A DNA stretch of 63,779 nucleotides, filler included, from Collodictyon triciliatum (Eukaryota), in the NCBI GenBank assembly GCA_043381765.1. It is 13 parts of 13 records of this genome, joined end to end, with 100 filler letters (N's around TTAATTAATTAA, not from the genome) between each part and the next. Parts side by side here need not be neighbours in the genome. Positions count along the whole stretch, not along the records: positions 1 to 4,953 come from JBHJMP010005614.1; positions 5,054 to 10,000 come from JBHJMP010005615.1; positions 10,101 to 15,047 come from JBHJMP010005616.1; positions 15,148 to 20,092 come from JBHJMP010005617.1; 9 more parts are not named here. One strand, 5' to 3'. The notes under the pieces are model-generated. The model was not told the origin of the DNA. It worked only from the letters and a program-made list of their open reading frames with translations, and did no database searches. Positions 1-15,560 of this stretch are shown one piece after another (the stretch's first letter is position 1; every line of letters begins with the position of its first letter). The position numbers and the translations under genes are program-made.

Positions 1-1386
1 AACAAAATAAAAGAGAATAACAAGAAGCGAGACGTGTGCAGCATTACACGCCGGCGCATTCGTCTCATTCACACAATATTTGATTTTTCCATCGAAAATA
101 GCGTAATTTTAGTAAGCATCTTCGTTTCCACCATCTGCCTAAGTTTTATGTTGTTCTGTTGACGAAACACATCCCCCACCAGCTGCGTCCGCTGCCGCGT
201 GTGTTGCGGAAAGCGCGAGATTCAGAGCCTCACTCCACCCTCCGATGCCCAAATCTGGACACAGCACAAGAACCCTGGTGCGCCCGGCGTCGACATCATG
301 TTCCCCAAAAAGGACATTTTTGGGAGGTCTAAACCCACAATGCTTATGACATGGAATACATTAGCACAGCGGACTAACCCCCGCCTCTCCTATGCTCCAC
401 GCTCTCGCCAAATACAAAAATTTTTCCTTCCAGGATGATTTCCTACTATGGTGAGTGTTTTGCACACTGGAGAACGCGGCCCCACAAAGATCAAATGCGG
501 GTTTAGTCAATGACAAGCCACAATGAAGCGAGTCCCAATCGAATCAGTAAAATGGAGCGTGTGTGTCGGCAAAGCAGTCTGCCGCGTGGCTCATCGGCCG
601 AGGAGCGAATTCTGCCCGAGCGCATGTTTTTGCGAGTGTGTTGGGCTCTGCATTTTGCTGGGACTGCGATCCCATGAAGGCCAAGAAACCTCTTCCATTT
701 CACTTTTTTCTTTTTCTTTTTCTTTTCTTTTTCTTTTTCTTTTTCTTTTTCTTTTTCTTTTTCTTTTTCTTTTTNNNNNNNNNNNNNNNNNNNNNNNNNN
801 NNNNNNNNNNNNNNNNNNNNNNNNNNNNNNNNNNNNNNNNNNNNNNNNNNNNNNNNNNNNNNNNNNNNNNNNNNNNNNNNNNNNNNNNNNNNNNNNNNNN
901 NNNNNNNNNNNNNNNNNNNNNNNNNNNNNNNNNNNNNNNNNNNNNNNNNNNNNNNNNNNNNNNNNNNNNNNNNNNNNNNNNNNNNNNNNNNNNNNNNNNN
1001 NNNNNNNNNNNNNNNNNNNNNNNNNNNNNNNNNNNNNNNNNNNNNNNNNNNNNNNNNNNNNNNNNNNNNNNNNNNNNNNNNNNNNNNNNNNNNNNNNNNN
1101 NNNNNNNNNNNNNNNNNNNNNNNNNNNNNNNNNNNNNNNNNNNNNNNNNNNNNNNNNNNNNNNNNNNNNNNNNNNNNNNNNNNNNNNNNNNNNNNNNNNN
1201 NNNNNNNNNNNNNNNNNNNNNNNNNNNNNNNNNNNNNNNNNNNNNNNNNNNNNNNNNNNNNNNNNNNNNNNNNNNNNNNNNNNNNNNNNNNNNNNNNNNN
1301 ATCAAATCATTCCCTCGTATAGTTTCCTTGTATCCGTCCGAATTTTAGGAAAATCGACCAATTAAATAAAAAAAAAAATACACCAG

Positions 1387-2568
1387 GTTTCAACGTCGAA
1401 ACGGTCGAATATCAGAATATCTCATTCACTGTGTGGGATGTTGGAGGTCAAGATAAGGTATAATATCTCAACTGACTAACTCATTCAGAATTCCATCAAA
1501 GCAGGCTTACAGCATAATAAATTTCATTATTTTTAGTCCAAATTTTACTTCTGTTTTGTTCTATTCTGTTTTCTTTTATTCTATTTTACTCTGTTTTGTT
1601 CTATTCTGTTTTGTTCTATTCTGTTTTGTTCTATTCTGTTTTGTTCTATTCTGTTTTGTTCTATTCTGTTTTGTTCTATTCTGTTTTGTTTTATTCTGTT
1701 TTGTTTTATTCTGTTTTGTTTTATTCTGTTTTGTTTTACTCTATATCATCGTAAATTATCTCAATCTATTGTGGTATCTAAACCATTGTGATTGTATTTC
1801 ATCAATTTGATACGTGTTGGAGTTGTTCAAAATCGTCCATATACAATTGATTCATTATAATCTTCTCTATTATATTCTTGGCTCAATTAATTGAAGTCGC
1901 TTTAACCTCCAATATCTTCCTTTACTCATATTTCTCTTATTTTTATTGCTGTGGCTTTTTTTCCTATACAATAAATGTTCTCCTCATGCTTCTCTGGCTG
2001 CAAAGATATAATTTCGTGTTTAAAACCTTGGCTGTTTTTTTTTTTAAAAAAAAAATAATTATTCATATACAGCTTCGCCCGCTGTGGAGACACTATTACA
2101 GTAATACCCAGGGAATTATCTTCGTCTTTGACAGTAACGACCGCGCAAGAGCACCAGAGGCCGCCAACGAATTGAAGAAGTTGATGGATGAAGAAGAGAT
2201 GAGAAATTCCATCCTCTTAGTGTTCGCAAACAAACAGGTTCCTCTTTACTTTTGTAATCGCACTTTGTTTTTGTTTTTTCCATGATTATGTGCAGCTTAT
2301 GTAAGGAGCACCCACCTCAAGGCAAACTAATTATCCCTATAGCATATTCTTCCCAGTTTCCCTCACACTTACACTCGTTTTTTTTTTCTCTTCCTTCGAT
2401 CAACAGGATTTACCAGATGCCATGAAGCTGGACGAAGTTGCACAGGCTCTGAAACTGGATGCTTACAAGGGGAGGAAGTGGTACATCCAGTCGACTTGTG
2501 CCTCGACCGGCGACGGGCTTTATGAAGGTCTCGATTGGCTCTCGGCAAACATCGGTGCGAAGAGCTGA
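1387..2568 (+). CDS. ARF: ADP-ribosylation factor (ARF-family small GTPase); 5' exons lost in the N gap
   Basis: GT-AG exons 1387-1457, 2073-2237 and 2407-2568 splice in frame to [48 protein letters not shown]...[14 protein letters not shown]...[22 protein letters not shown]. These carry the classic ARF motifs WDVGGQ and NKQD. Confidence 0.95.
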
Positions 2569-2797
2569 AAGCAACTGTGGTGGTTCTCTGTCGACATGCA
2601 AGAGAAGTTAGAGCATAAGAACACGTTGAATATGTCCAACTAATAAATACGGCTTTTAAAAGAAACAAACCGCGTGTTCCATGTATGGCGACATCCATGA
2701 GTTATTATACAAAGCAGTTATCTCATGAGGCTTTCTTCCGAAGTGTATCTTGTCTGGTTGTGTGTTGTGCTCTGGTGCTTCGGTCCTGGATTATCAT

Positions 2798-2858
2798 ATA
2801 TATCAACAATGATTTTTTTTTTCCTTTATTCGATTCAAGTGAACATATATCAACAATG
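2798..2858 (-). mobile_element. Ultra-short A-tailed insertion (CTTGAATCGAATAAAGG-An) with 14-bp direct repeat, downstream of ARF
   Basis: Core lies on the minus strand at 2812-2843. It is flanked by ATATATCAACAATG at 2798-2811 and 2845-2858. Confidence 0.75.
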
Positions 2859-3766
2859 GTACACATTGGCGCTTTCGGTGATGAACGAAATTCTGTTGGG
2901 TCTGATCGATCAAAATGTGTCAATGGGCTCCCTTTGGCTTTGGCAGCGGTTTCTGTTTTTTTCTCGGTGACTTGGTTGATTTTATTGTGCTAAACTAACC
3001 GAGCCTGGGAGCTTCTTAAACGTCGAGACACTGGATTCTGCCATTCTTTTGGCGATAACGCTCTCATGGGGCTTTTTTTTTGGTTTTTCATCCGAGGTTT
3101 TCTTTTCTTTATTTTCTTTATTTTCTTTATTTTCTTTATTTTCTTTATTTTCTTTATTTTCTTTATTTCATTTTCATTTTCATTTTTATCTTGTCTTTTC
3201 TTTCTTTCTTTCCTTACTTATTTTATTTATTTCCTTATTTCTTTATTTCCATCTTTTTTTATTTTATTTTATTTTATTTTATTTTATTTTATTTTATTTT
3301 ATTTTATTTTATTTTATTTTATTTTATTTTATTTTATTTTATTTTATTTTATTTTATGCATGAAGAAAAAATTCCTTCACGATTAGTGCTAGGAGAAAGG
3401 AACAACAGCCACCTTTGCAAGGAAATACTTGTTGAATGATGCAGTCACATCTGGTAAATAATCTTAACTGTCCTATGACCCGATCCTTGTCTTTCTTGAA
3501 AACTTTTTTCTCGATTAAAGCAAATTGCACTATATCGTTCAGATTTTTCTATATTAATATTTCCTCATAATCCGACGCTGGCTTGCATATTGAAGATTGT
3601 TTATCACTTTTCTACTTCTTTGTGAAGTCGGAAGAGTCTATTGTTAGAAATCTCACATGTGCATTCTTTTATTTATACGGAACACGTAAATTTGCCATTT
3701 CTTTTGTAGCTCTTTGCGAGTTCTTTGATAATCGAATACTATACATCTTTTGGTGTGATTATGTAG

Positions 3767-4809
3767 CTGAGACAAAAGTCATTTTTCCCGGAGGTCTATG
3801 AAACGCCAGATCCGACGCCATCAGAGACTAAGGTTAAGGCCTATGAGGCTACCTATCTATCTCGATATCTTCATACTGATTTCCGATATTTGTCCCTCGC
3901 GTAGGTTTTGTTCCCTGCAAATATATCGTCGAGTGGTGATGTCGATGAAAAAAGCGTGGATAGAAGAGAAGCCTTTCAGAGGTTTCTTGGCTCATCTCAT
4001 ACGCATAACCCACATGGTAGGCAGGATTTTTGGCATTAAGATATGATTTGTTTTATAGGAAAGGTACGTATCTATATCCCTTTACTATTTATATCTGGCC
4101 AAAATATCTTCATATTTTTAGCGTCTGCATATTTGAGAACAGGCGACAGCAAAAAAACGCTGGAATACTCAGTTCACAAGGGATCGCGTGCTAGGGTTCC
4201 AGAAGCGCCCTTAGAAAGATACAATCGTTTAAGAGCCGAAGTTTGCTTAGCACCTTAACATCATATTTTTTTAAAAAAAAATTGTACTATGTCATTAAAA
4301 TCCTCTGATTACACATTATATTAAGTATTATGCGTTAATCTTTGAATCGAATAAAGGGGTAAAAAGGATTATGCGTTAATATACGCATTTGTTTTTGATT
4401 AGGTCGATGATTTTATGAGGGACCTTCAACTTTTGCAATCCGTATTATTAAATTAAAAAAATGTCTTTTGAAATAAATATATACAATTTTGTGCTTTTTT
4501 TAAGAAAGAAAAGTACATAAAAACTACATTATTTTATTCGGAATATGGTTATAATTTAATTAAAACTCTTTTATAACTGACTGATTTCCTTAGGAAGCAA
4601 ATATCCAATCTGATAGTAGCATTCAAGCGAAGGAAATCTTGAAAAACATGCATGTTTTGCAAAGTGTGTATATTACATATCACATTTGAGTTCGTTCTAA
4701 GAGAAAAATACAGCTCCTCATAACGGCTTTTTCTTAACAGAGGACCTTGACGATTCTGTGAAGCATTTGCAAGGTGATGCAACATTGGGGGCATTTGAGA
4801 AGCATGCAA
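3767..4809 (+). CDS. Uncharacterised multi-exon gene fragment, 3'-truncated; last exon may begin a G-patch domain
   Basis: Several short AG...GT-bounded open segments (VLFPANISSSGDVDEKSVDRREAFQR; VDDFMRDLQLLQS; EDLDDSVKHLQGDATLGAFEKHA). GAFEKH resembles the start of G-patch regions. The exon chain was not fully verified. Confidence 0.3.
4327..4380 (+). mobile_element. Ultra-short A-tailed insertion with 13-bp target-site duplication
   Basis: ATTATGCGTTAAT (4327-4339) + CTTTGAATCGAATAAAGGGGTAAAAAGG + ATTATGCGTTAAT (4368-4380). Confidence 0.8.
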
Positions 4810-4953
4810 GTCAAATCCTTAATTTTTATTTCATATTTGTTTTAAATTTGTATTGTATTTGTATTGTATTTGTATTGTATTTGTATTGTATTTGTATTGT
4901 ATTTGTATTGTATTTGTATTGTATTTGTATTGTATTTGTATTGTATTTGTATT

Positions 4954-5053
4954 NNNNNNNNNNNNNNNNNNNNNNNNNNNNNNNNNNNNNNNNNNNNTTA
5001 ATTAATTAANNNNNNNNNNNNNNNNNNNNNNNNNNNNNNNNNNNNNNNNNNNN
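4954..5053. other. Artificial scaffold linker (N-run, TTAATTAATTAA, N-run). Same linker at ~10001, 15048, 20093, 25137, 30187, 35231, 40275, 45317, 50359, 55409 and 60458
   Basis: Identical 100-nt spacer carrying a six-frame stop palindrome, recurring every ~5.05 kb. Genes are cut at these points. Confidence 0.97.
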
Positions 5054-5250
<197 letters not shown>

Positions 5251-5389
5251 AATAAATAGTACATAATCCATAACCACGAGGCCTGCGATGTGATTACATC
5301 GAATCCATGATTTTTTCTTTATACAAATGATATTGCGAAGCATGTGCATAATTTTGTATTTGCCACTGAAATGACAATACCTATCTTAG

Positions 5390-5739
5390 GCTCTTCCTGG
5401 TCAGTTTAATGGAGTCAATGCGATACAACGTGCTTATGATGCATACCAAAAAGGAGAAGTTACAAAGACAGGTGTCATGGTAAGCACCCTCCTTTAATTG
5501 TAGATCTGCCATTCTAGTTGATGTAAAAACACGGTGCAAATCTATCTGTTATCAGATAACGACTGACACCTGGATATGACTAGATTCATTATGTCATTCC
5601 CGAGGTCGATATGGGCGAGCCCATTCTCGTACGCGAAGTGGAGTTACAGCAAGGCGAGTCTCTCGAAAGCTTCGAGACCCGCATGCACCAGAACGAGCAT
5701 GTGATTATAGTCGAAGCCATCACAAAGATTCTTGGATAA
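5390..5739 (+). CDS. purN: Phosphoribosylglycinamide formyltransferase (GAR transformylase), last two exons
   Basis: Exons 5390-5479 and 5584-5739 give ALPGQFNGVNAIQRAYDAYQKGEVTKTGVM/IHYVIPEVDMGEPILVREV...RMHQNEHVIIVEAITKILG*. This matches the GART pattern LPxFxG...TGxxxHxVxxxVDxG. Confidence 0.9.
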
Positions 5740-6004
5740 CTTACGCAGACATATTCGATGAAACAAACGATCAATATTAAATAAGAAAACAACTATAATA
5801 ACAATACAATCTATATTGAGGGGGAAGGCCAAGCAAAAATGACAATTTTTAATTTTTATCGTTTAGTTTTATCTCCAGAAAGAACACAACACCAGAATAC
5901 ATGAAAATACGCTTTTTTTTCGTAATCATAACAAGAACAGTAAATATAAATCCATATAGAGTTGGGTACATTCGTGCTTAGACAGTGTCTATGGGGTTAA
6001 GATT

Positions 6005-6104
6005 GTATGTATGTATGTATGTATGTATGTATGTATGTATGTATGTATGTATGTATGTATGTATGTATGTATGTATGTATGTATGTATGTATGTATGTAT
6101 GTAT
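6005..6104 (+). repeat. (TATG)n microsatellite
   Basis: Direct reading. Another (TATG)n tract at 14928-15047. Confidence 0.95.
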
Positions 6105-6334
6105 GGCCAGGGCACGCCCCTTATTCAAAGNNNNNNNNNNNNNNNNNNNNNNNNNNNNNNNNNNNNNNNNNNNNNNNNNNNNNNNNNNNNNNNNNNNNNN
6201 NNNNNNNNNNNNNNNNNNNNNNNNNNNNNNNNNNNNNNNNNNNNNNNNNNNNNNNNNNNNNNNNNNNNNNNNNNNNNNNNNNNNNNNNNNNNNNNNNNNN
6301 NNNNNNNNNNNNNNNNNNNNNNNNNNNNNNNNNN

Positions 6335-6409
<75 letters not shown>

Positions 6410-6759
6410 CGACAAAAGAAAAAAACAAAGAGCTATCTAAAGATGACTATAGAATGAAGGCCCAAAGGGCGTCAAAGACCAACCTTTTCCTCTTTGCTCC
6501 TGTGTTTCGAGTCTGGAGGCCTTGTTTCGCCTCCGCCAGATCTATCTTTACCACCAACCCTTTGGATATAACCGCAAAAACGCCCAGCCTGACCCTAACC
6601 CTGGTTGATCAGGCGTTTCCGCCCCCAACCAACAAAAGAGACCTGCCTAGTAAAAAAAAAAAATAGAAAAAAACTTGCCAGGGAAAGACGGAGCTAACAA
6701 GTCCCTGCGACAGTATAGAACAAACAAGAGCAGAAAAAATCACTACGCCCGTCTGCCTG

Positions 6760-9700
6760 ATGGAAAGCCCTTCTGTTGCCGCAAAGAAACCGTACCAAAG
6801 GCTATTCAGGATTCACAAGTCTGACTGCGGCGACGAACTGTGGCAAGTCTCCCTAAAGAACCCCGAGCTTTGGCCACACAAGAGACTTCCTGTCATAGCC
6901 TCTGCTCCTCTTTTGAAGAGGTATTCTCCGCCGCTTGAACCAGAGCCTGTTGATCCAGACCCAGACTCGGACATTGACTCAAACTCTGGCTCCAACACTT
7001 TGGCGGAATGCTTAGATATATCTGCAGATGTATTGGACTATCTTGTCTATGAAAAACAGGACCACGCTTCTACACAGCAGCGAGAAAAAGGCGATGACCA
7101 CAATGAAACCAAGAAGGCAAACGAGACAGGTACTCTGTAATCCTTCATTAATTTTCCGTATTCTTCTGTCTAGTTTTATACACTTTAGAAAGCAGGTTAC
7201 CTCCTTTTCCCTCTTCTTTTTTTTTTTTATTTAACACACATAAGTTCTATAGTTCAGTATCAGTTTCACTTTTGTCACCAATAATGGATTTTTATATCCA
7301 ATAAACTTGATTGATGACTATAATACTAGCAAAGTCTATATATTTTCATTTTATTCAAAAAGTGTTACTTCCTCTATTTTCTTTTTCTTTTTCTTTTCTT
7401 TCTAAAAAACTGAACATAACAAATATGGATCAGATGAGGAGTCCAAGAGAATTTCAAAGCATGGATTTCTTCCTGCTTTTTTGCATCGAGTAAACATATC
7501 CCAAGTTTATGAAAAAGAACGTATTTTTCGAAACGTTGAAAAGGTGATCGAAATCAGTCAGGCAATCCAAAGACAAACCCAAGCTTCTTGGGACTCACAC
7601 AGATACAAGGACGCAACTCTGATGGTGCAACTGGTTCCAGAAGATTGCCCCGTTGGTTATTCTTCACACCTAAGTATTATTACTGAGATGGTTGGTCACC
7701 CAACCCTTCGAAAGCTGTTCCTGACACCAGCTTACGAATGGAGACCAGGACTTGTCCTTCATTATTTAATTCAATATGCAGAATGTTTATCGTATGTTGA
7801 AAAAATGAGCCCTATAGACCGTGACCTGATGCCAATTTTGGCTTCAGCAGACACAGTAATGTGGGAAGGTGGTTTGCGCCTGTTCGTACTAGGATGTTTT
7901 GAGGAATCAGAAACAACGTTACCCTGGAAAGATTGCCTGAATGACACTAAAGCCGTCGAAAAAATATCTCCTCTTGTTGATATGGAATCTGTCCCAGTCC
8001 CAGAGTGGCTTCTCTCGGCTGAAATAGATGTTAAGGAAACCCACTTATTGTTTGTGAGATGGATGTTCAATCGGTTCTGTTCCTGGATGAGAAAGAAATT
8101 ATACTTATTTCATAACCAGTCTATCTTAGACTGGCGATTGGTTTCAGACATACTGGATCGTCTTCTCACACTGACATATTTTGAGCCAGCAAACTTGGCT
8201 TGCATCGATGAAATTATGAGCGGAGTTGTGAGCGATCTGAGATGTTTGCAAGTCAATCTCGCTGCCCTTGGTGCGCCCATCATTCATAATGAATGCAGTA
8301 AATTATTTTTTTTCCCACTAGAATCATCAGCAATCATTTCCTAACCGAGTTTTATCAATTTTTCTTTAAACAATATTTCCAAAAAGTATGTAGATAATAG
8401 TCATGCAAAAATTATTGATAATTGTTCTGCTTAGGGGATGTGGAATCTGAGCTTGGAAGCATTTTTGGGGCAGAGAAATTGCTATATGTCAAAAACTTTG
8501 TGGTGGCTACATTTGCCATACACAGAAAGGAATTTCGTCGAGCGCATGAATTAATCCACCAAGCACTGAAACAAAAATCCGATTTTGTTGTAGGAATTCT
8601 AGCCCTTCGTTTGCTATATCGCAGCTGCCCTCAGCTAGTCAACACTCCTCGTGATTTTGATGTGTATGATGAGGTCACTGAACAAGCCTCTAAGACGAGC
8701 CCAGAAGCCAAACAAGAGTCAAGAGAAATACTTGCTCGCCTACTGGACATGGGACTGTATTCAAACACTGATATCGGGGCTCTCTGGGTGTTTTTATATG
8801 GCTACTATATCGACATTCTTGATAGCAATTCTATCAATGCGCTTTGGTGCTATGAATTCGCATCAGGTCATAATGACACTTACGCCCAAAACAACCTTGG
8901 CTACTGCTATTATATAGGTCAAGGTACAAGCAGAAACTCAATACTTGCGGCAGAATACTACATGAGATCTGCCTTCAAGTCCAACCCAAACGCACAAAAC
9001 AACATCGGGCTTTGTTTTGAAAAAGGGGATGGCGTGGGCCAAGACTTTTCTGAGGCTCTTCGGTGGTTCCAGAAATCAGCCGAACAAAAGTATTCCAATG
9101 CACTAAACAATCTGGGATTATGTTATTACAACGGCCAAAGCGTGGATGTGGATATTCCGTTGGCGCTTCAATACTACCATCAGGCAGCAGAACAAGGAAA
9201 CCCAAATGCCCAAATCAACTTGGGCCTTAGCCACTTCCATGCAGACGGCGCAGAATACGACCCGGTCAAAGCTGTGCATTACTTCCAACTTGCAGCTAGT
9301 CAAAACTCATCAAGTGGCCAATTTAACTTAGGTATTTGCTACTATCACGGCGAGGGCGTTGAACAGAGCTTTGAAAATGCCATTTTCTGGTTTCGAAAAG
9401 CGTCAGACTCTGGAAACGGAGAGGCTAAAAATAATCTCGGACTTTGCTACTACCACGGTAATGGAGTTCCTGTGGATTTGACTGAAGCTGCGCGTTGGTA
9501 TCGAGAGGCCGTGCTTCATGATAATTTGGATGCCTTCTCAAACCTTGGAATATTGTATCTGAATGGAGAAGGTGTTGATCAGGACCTCTATGAAGCATCG
9601 CGCCTGTTTCACCAAGCTGCAGCGAAAGGCAGTGACATGGCATATCTTTGCCTTGCTTCATGCTATCAGCACGGATACTTTGGTGAAGAGAAGGATGTAA

Positions 9701-9882
9701 GGGAGGCGAGGAAGTGGTTTTTCACATTGCCTTTGCAGCCCTCCGAGGATGCTTTGGAGACACTCCTTTCCTTTATTCGCTCCGAGGATAGTGGTCCGTT
9801 TTTGGTGTGTGATGAAACCAGCCTCATCCTTGCCCATGAATCGGAGGAAATTGATGTGGATGAATTCATTCATGATTTTTGA
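6760..9882 (+). CDS. Sel1-like repeat (SLR) protein with uncharacterised N-terminal region; apparently complete, 3 exons
   Basis: Exons ~6760-7129, ~7435-8297 and ~8435-9882 join in frame. The C-terminal half has ~8 repeats of AQNNLGxCYxxGxGVxxDxxxAxxWFxKAAEQG. Confidence 0.88.
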
Positions 9883-9954
9883 TTGTGACTGGGTTCTCGC
9901 AAAATCCATAGCGACCGCCATAAATTAAGCAAAAAGAAATATGAAGAAGGTGAA

Positions 9955-9995
<41 letters not shown>

Positions 9996-10309
9996 ACACA
10001 NNNNNNNNNNNNNNNNNNNNNNNNNNNNNNNNNNNNNNNNNNNNTTAATTAATTAANNNNNNNNNNNNNNNNNNNNNNNNNNNNNNNNNNNNNNNNNNNN
10101 TTTTTTTTTTTTTTTTTTGTTTGTTTGTTTGTTTGTTTGTTTGTTTGTTTGATACGTGGAGAGTAGTGAATGGATAAATGAATGTATTAACCAAGAAATC
10201 AAGATAAATATATAATGCATAATAGTAGAATGGGCAAAAATTATTCAAATAAAGCGGCTGATGTTGATGAGAGGTTGTATATGTTTCGATGCCCTACTTG
10301 ACTTGGCTA

Positions 10310-10704
10310 TGAAGATGTGTCGGCACCAGCGACGGGCTTTGACGTCATTTGGTCGGTCGGTAGAACAAAACTGAGTTTGGAGACCGGTTGTAAGTAATTG
10401 TGGATGTTGGTGTCTATATCTCGAATCATATTTGCTGCTGCTCTCAGGTCTTCCAGCGCTGTTCCCTTGCTGATGATCATTTTGACGAATGTCTATAAGA
10501 GGACGTATTATGAATACCTCACATCAGACACCAAAACTTGGAGAGAATAAAAACGCTTCATGTTTATTTTCAATCATTCATTCTGTAATATGTATGCACA
10601 TAAAGTCTTTTTCGCGTGAAGACACATTTTCAGGAAAACTGAATGTGCTTTCCAGTTCGTTTCACCAGACACAGATGGCAGCTTGACGTCCATTCCAATC
10701 ATAT
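10310..10704 (-). CDS. Possible terminal exons of an unidentified gene
   Basis: Two AG-preceded open segments on the minus strand (MIGMDVKLPSVSGETNWKAHSVFLK; TFVKMIISKGTALEDLRAAANMIRDIDTNIHNYLQ...*). No family recognised. Confidence 0.25.
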
Positions 10705-10819
10705 CTATAAAGGGTAAAACCTACACAAGGGTCAATACTTGAAGCTCTTAACTATAAGGTCACTCCTCGGTGCTTATATTTTAATCAATCGCACATGTTC
10801 CAAAAGGTCAGGTCTATGG

Positions 10820-11100
10820 CCAGCAGTTTCCAAGTACACAGGTAACTCAACGCTTTTTCTAAGCTGTACAAATGTCTCTTAAAAACACATTTAACTGATA
10901 TCTATGAAAACATATGCAGCCCGCATGGGACAACGTCTGACCTGTGCGAATGTGGTTCGACCCCCACAGGGTGCGTGGTGTGTGTGTTTCCGACTCTGAA
11001 TCATGCATTTCTTGAGTCCTCAGATATATCCAATCCAGGGCAGAAGCGTGTGCTTCGCTGGATAACGGAGCACACCCCTCAACACCTCGGAGAATAAGGC
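10820..11100 (+). mobile_element. Possible decayed 3' end of a non-LTR retrotransposon ORF2
   Basis: Stop- and frameshift-interrupted translation FN*YL*KH...TSDLCECGSTPTGCVVCVFPTL...LRWI resembles the LNxYL...SxxCxCG zinc-knuckle region downstream of LINE RT. A C-rich tail follows. Confidence 0.3.
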
Positions 11101-11450
11101 GTCACCAACAAGGTGCTTCCCAAAAGTGGATGAAGATACCATATCTACGCCCAGCCTCGAACCCACAACACAACACCCTGACACAGTTGTCCCGCCTCCC
11201 ATCCATTCCTGCCCTCCTTGGAACATTTCCCATGCCCCGCACTCTTCTAGCCGCCAATGGTCTCTCACAAACCCCTTTGCAAGAACATCCCCTACCTTCG
11301 ACACGCGCCCTACCATCAGAGATGAATCCAGGGGTTTCGCTGATTTTTATTGCAAAGCTGCGTTATTATTTTTTTTGTTACCTTACGTACTTTTGTATAT
11401 TTGAAAATTTTTTCAGTCGCTTATTCACAAGGAATGGGGTGGCTTCTAGT

Positions 11451-14202
<2,752 letters not shown>

Positions 14203-15338
14203 GCCCTGTTTGCTTGCGTCAAAAGTTGGTTTAATGAACGAAGGACTTTTCGCGACTAGGTTGGCAATTTTTCGAGGAGCTCGGTGATGCTTGTTGTCTG
14301 TGTTGGGAGTGGCACTTGGTCTTACCACTGGTCTTTTTGAAGCGCCCACTCAGGTATGGCTGCGCTTCTTGGTGAACCCAGACAGCCGGTTCCTCAACCC
14401 CCTCCAAACGCGCCCGAATCACTTTCGGGATGAAGGAAACTCGCACACACCAAGGTATCATTTACCATTTATGGTTAAATCGCAATTGAATAATTTTAAT
14501 TCGGACAAACAAAAAAATATATTTGGAATATATGTTATTTTCCTTTTTTGGAATACCCACAATCACTTTTTGGGGATTTAAGCCGATTACACTCGCGCCC
14601 CCAGGTGAAAGGTCGGGAGCCAATCGGTTCCATGTTTGCTGCCTCAACCCGCTAGATTGCCATTCGCCAAGCGCCGTGGTCAATGAAAGAGTCTGGATGC
14701 CGCGAAGAAGCCATCCTTATGGTCCGCCGAATGTCCATATTCATGATTGAGCTTCAGCTGCATACACCAACCAAGGACTGTGCCATGAAAAAATAAAATG
14801 GAGCCTTTCCTGTCCCCTACAAAAAGGGGATATTCATTCCTGTTGAGCAGAGCTATGAATCAGAATGACTCAAACTATATACCTAACGCACATCCATCTT
14901 ATTCTGTGTCATAACCTATTTTTTCCCTGTATGTATGTATGTATGTATGTATGTATGTATGTATGTATGTATGTATGTATGTATGTATGTATGTATGTAT
15001 GTATGTATGTATGTATGTATGTATGTATGTATGTATGTATGTATGTANNNNNNNNNNNNNNNNNNNNNNNNNNNNNNNNNNNNNNNNNNNNTTAATTAAT
15101 TAANNNNNNNNNNNNNNNNNNNNNNNNNNNNNNNNNNNNNNNNNNNNGAAGAAAAAGAAGAAGAAAAAGAAGAAGAAAAAGAAGAAGAAAAAGAAGAAGA
15201 AAAAGAAGAAGAAAAAGAAGAAGAAAAAGAAGAAGAAAAAGAAGAAAAAGTAGAAGAAAAAGAAGAAGAAAAGAAGAAGAAAAAGAAGAAAAAGAAAAAG
15301 AAGAAAAAGAAAAAGAGCAGTAAGGACAAGGTACAAAC

Positions 15339-15560
15339 GAGGATCACGGCGATGACCAGAAAGTAAAAGTTTGCGATTCTCTGGAACTGCTCAAAGAGAT
15401 TCCTTGGCAGGAAGTCGTAAAAGTGGTATTTTGACGTAGTCACGTCGTTCTCAGCGTACAAATCCTGATCCACGCCAACGAGGATTTCGCGATGCGGCTG
15501 CGATTCTTCCTCGGTGTAAAGCCCACAGAAGCGAAGAAGTTTGCGCAGAAGTCGCGCCAT
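15339..15560 (-). CDS. P4-type ATPase (phospholipid flippase), first exon only
   Basis: MARLLRK...YAENDVTTSKYHFYDFLPRNLFEQFQRIANFYFLVIAVIL is the diagnostic P4-ATPase N-terminal motif (NxxxTxKY...FLPxNLFEQFxRxANxYFL). It is followed by a GT donor, then the scaffold end. Confidence 0.92.

Noticed and set aside
434-456. Possible ATG-containing micro-exon of ARF (cag/GATGATTTCCTACTATG/gtgagt)
   Set aside because: Plausible but unverifiable, because the following exons fall in the N gap.
523-1365. Long ORFs rich in F/K/Y/L/X here and at other scaffold ends
   Set aside because: They are translations of microsatellites and N gaps.
10745-10765. TAACTATAAGGTC resembling an LSU rRNA / homing-endonuclease site
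   Set aside because: The match is too short and there is no flanking rRNA-like sequence.
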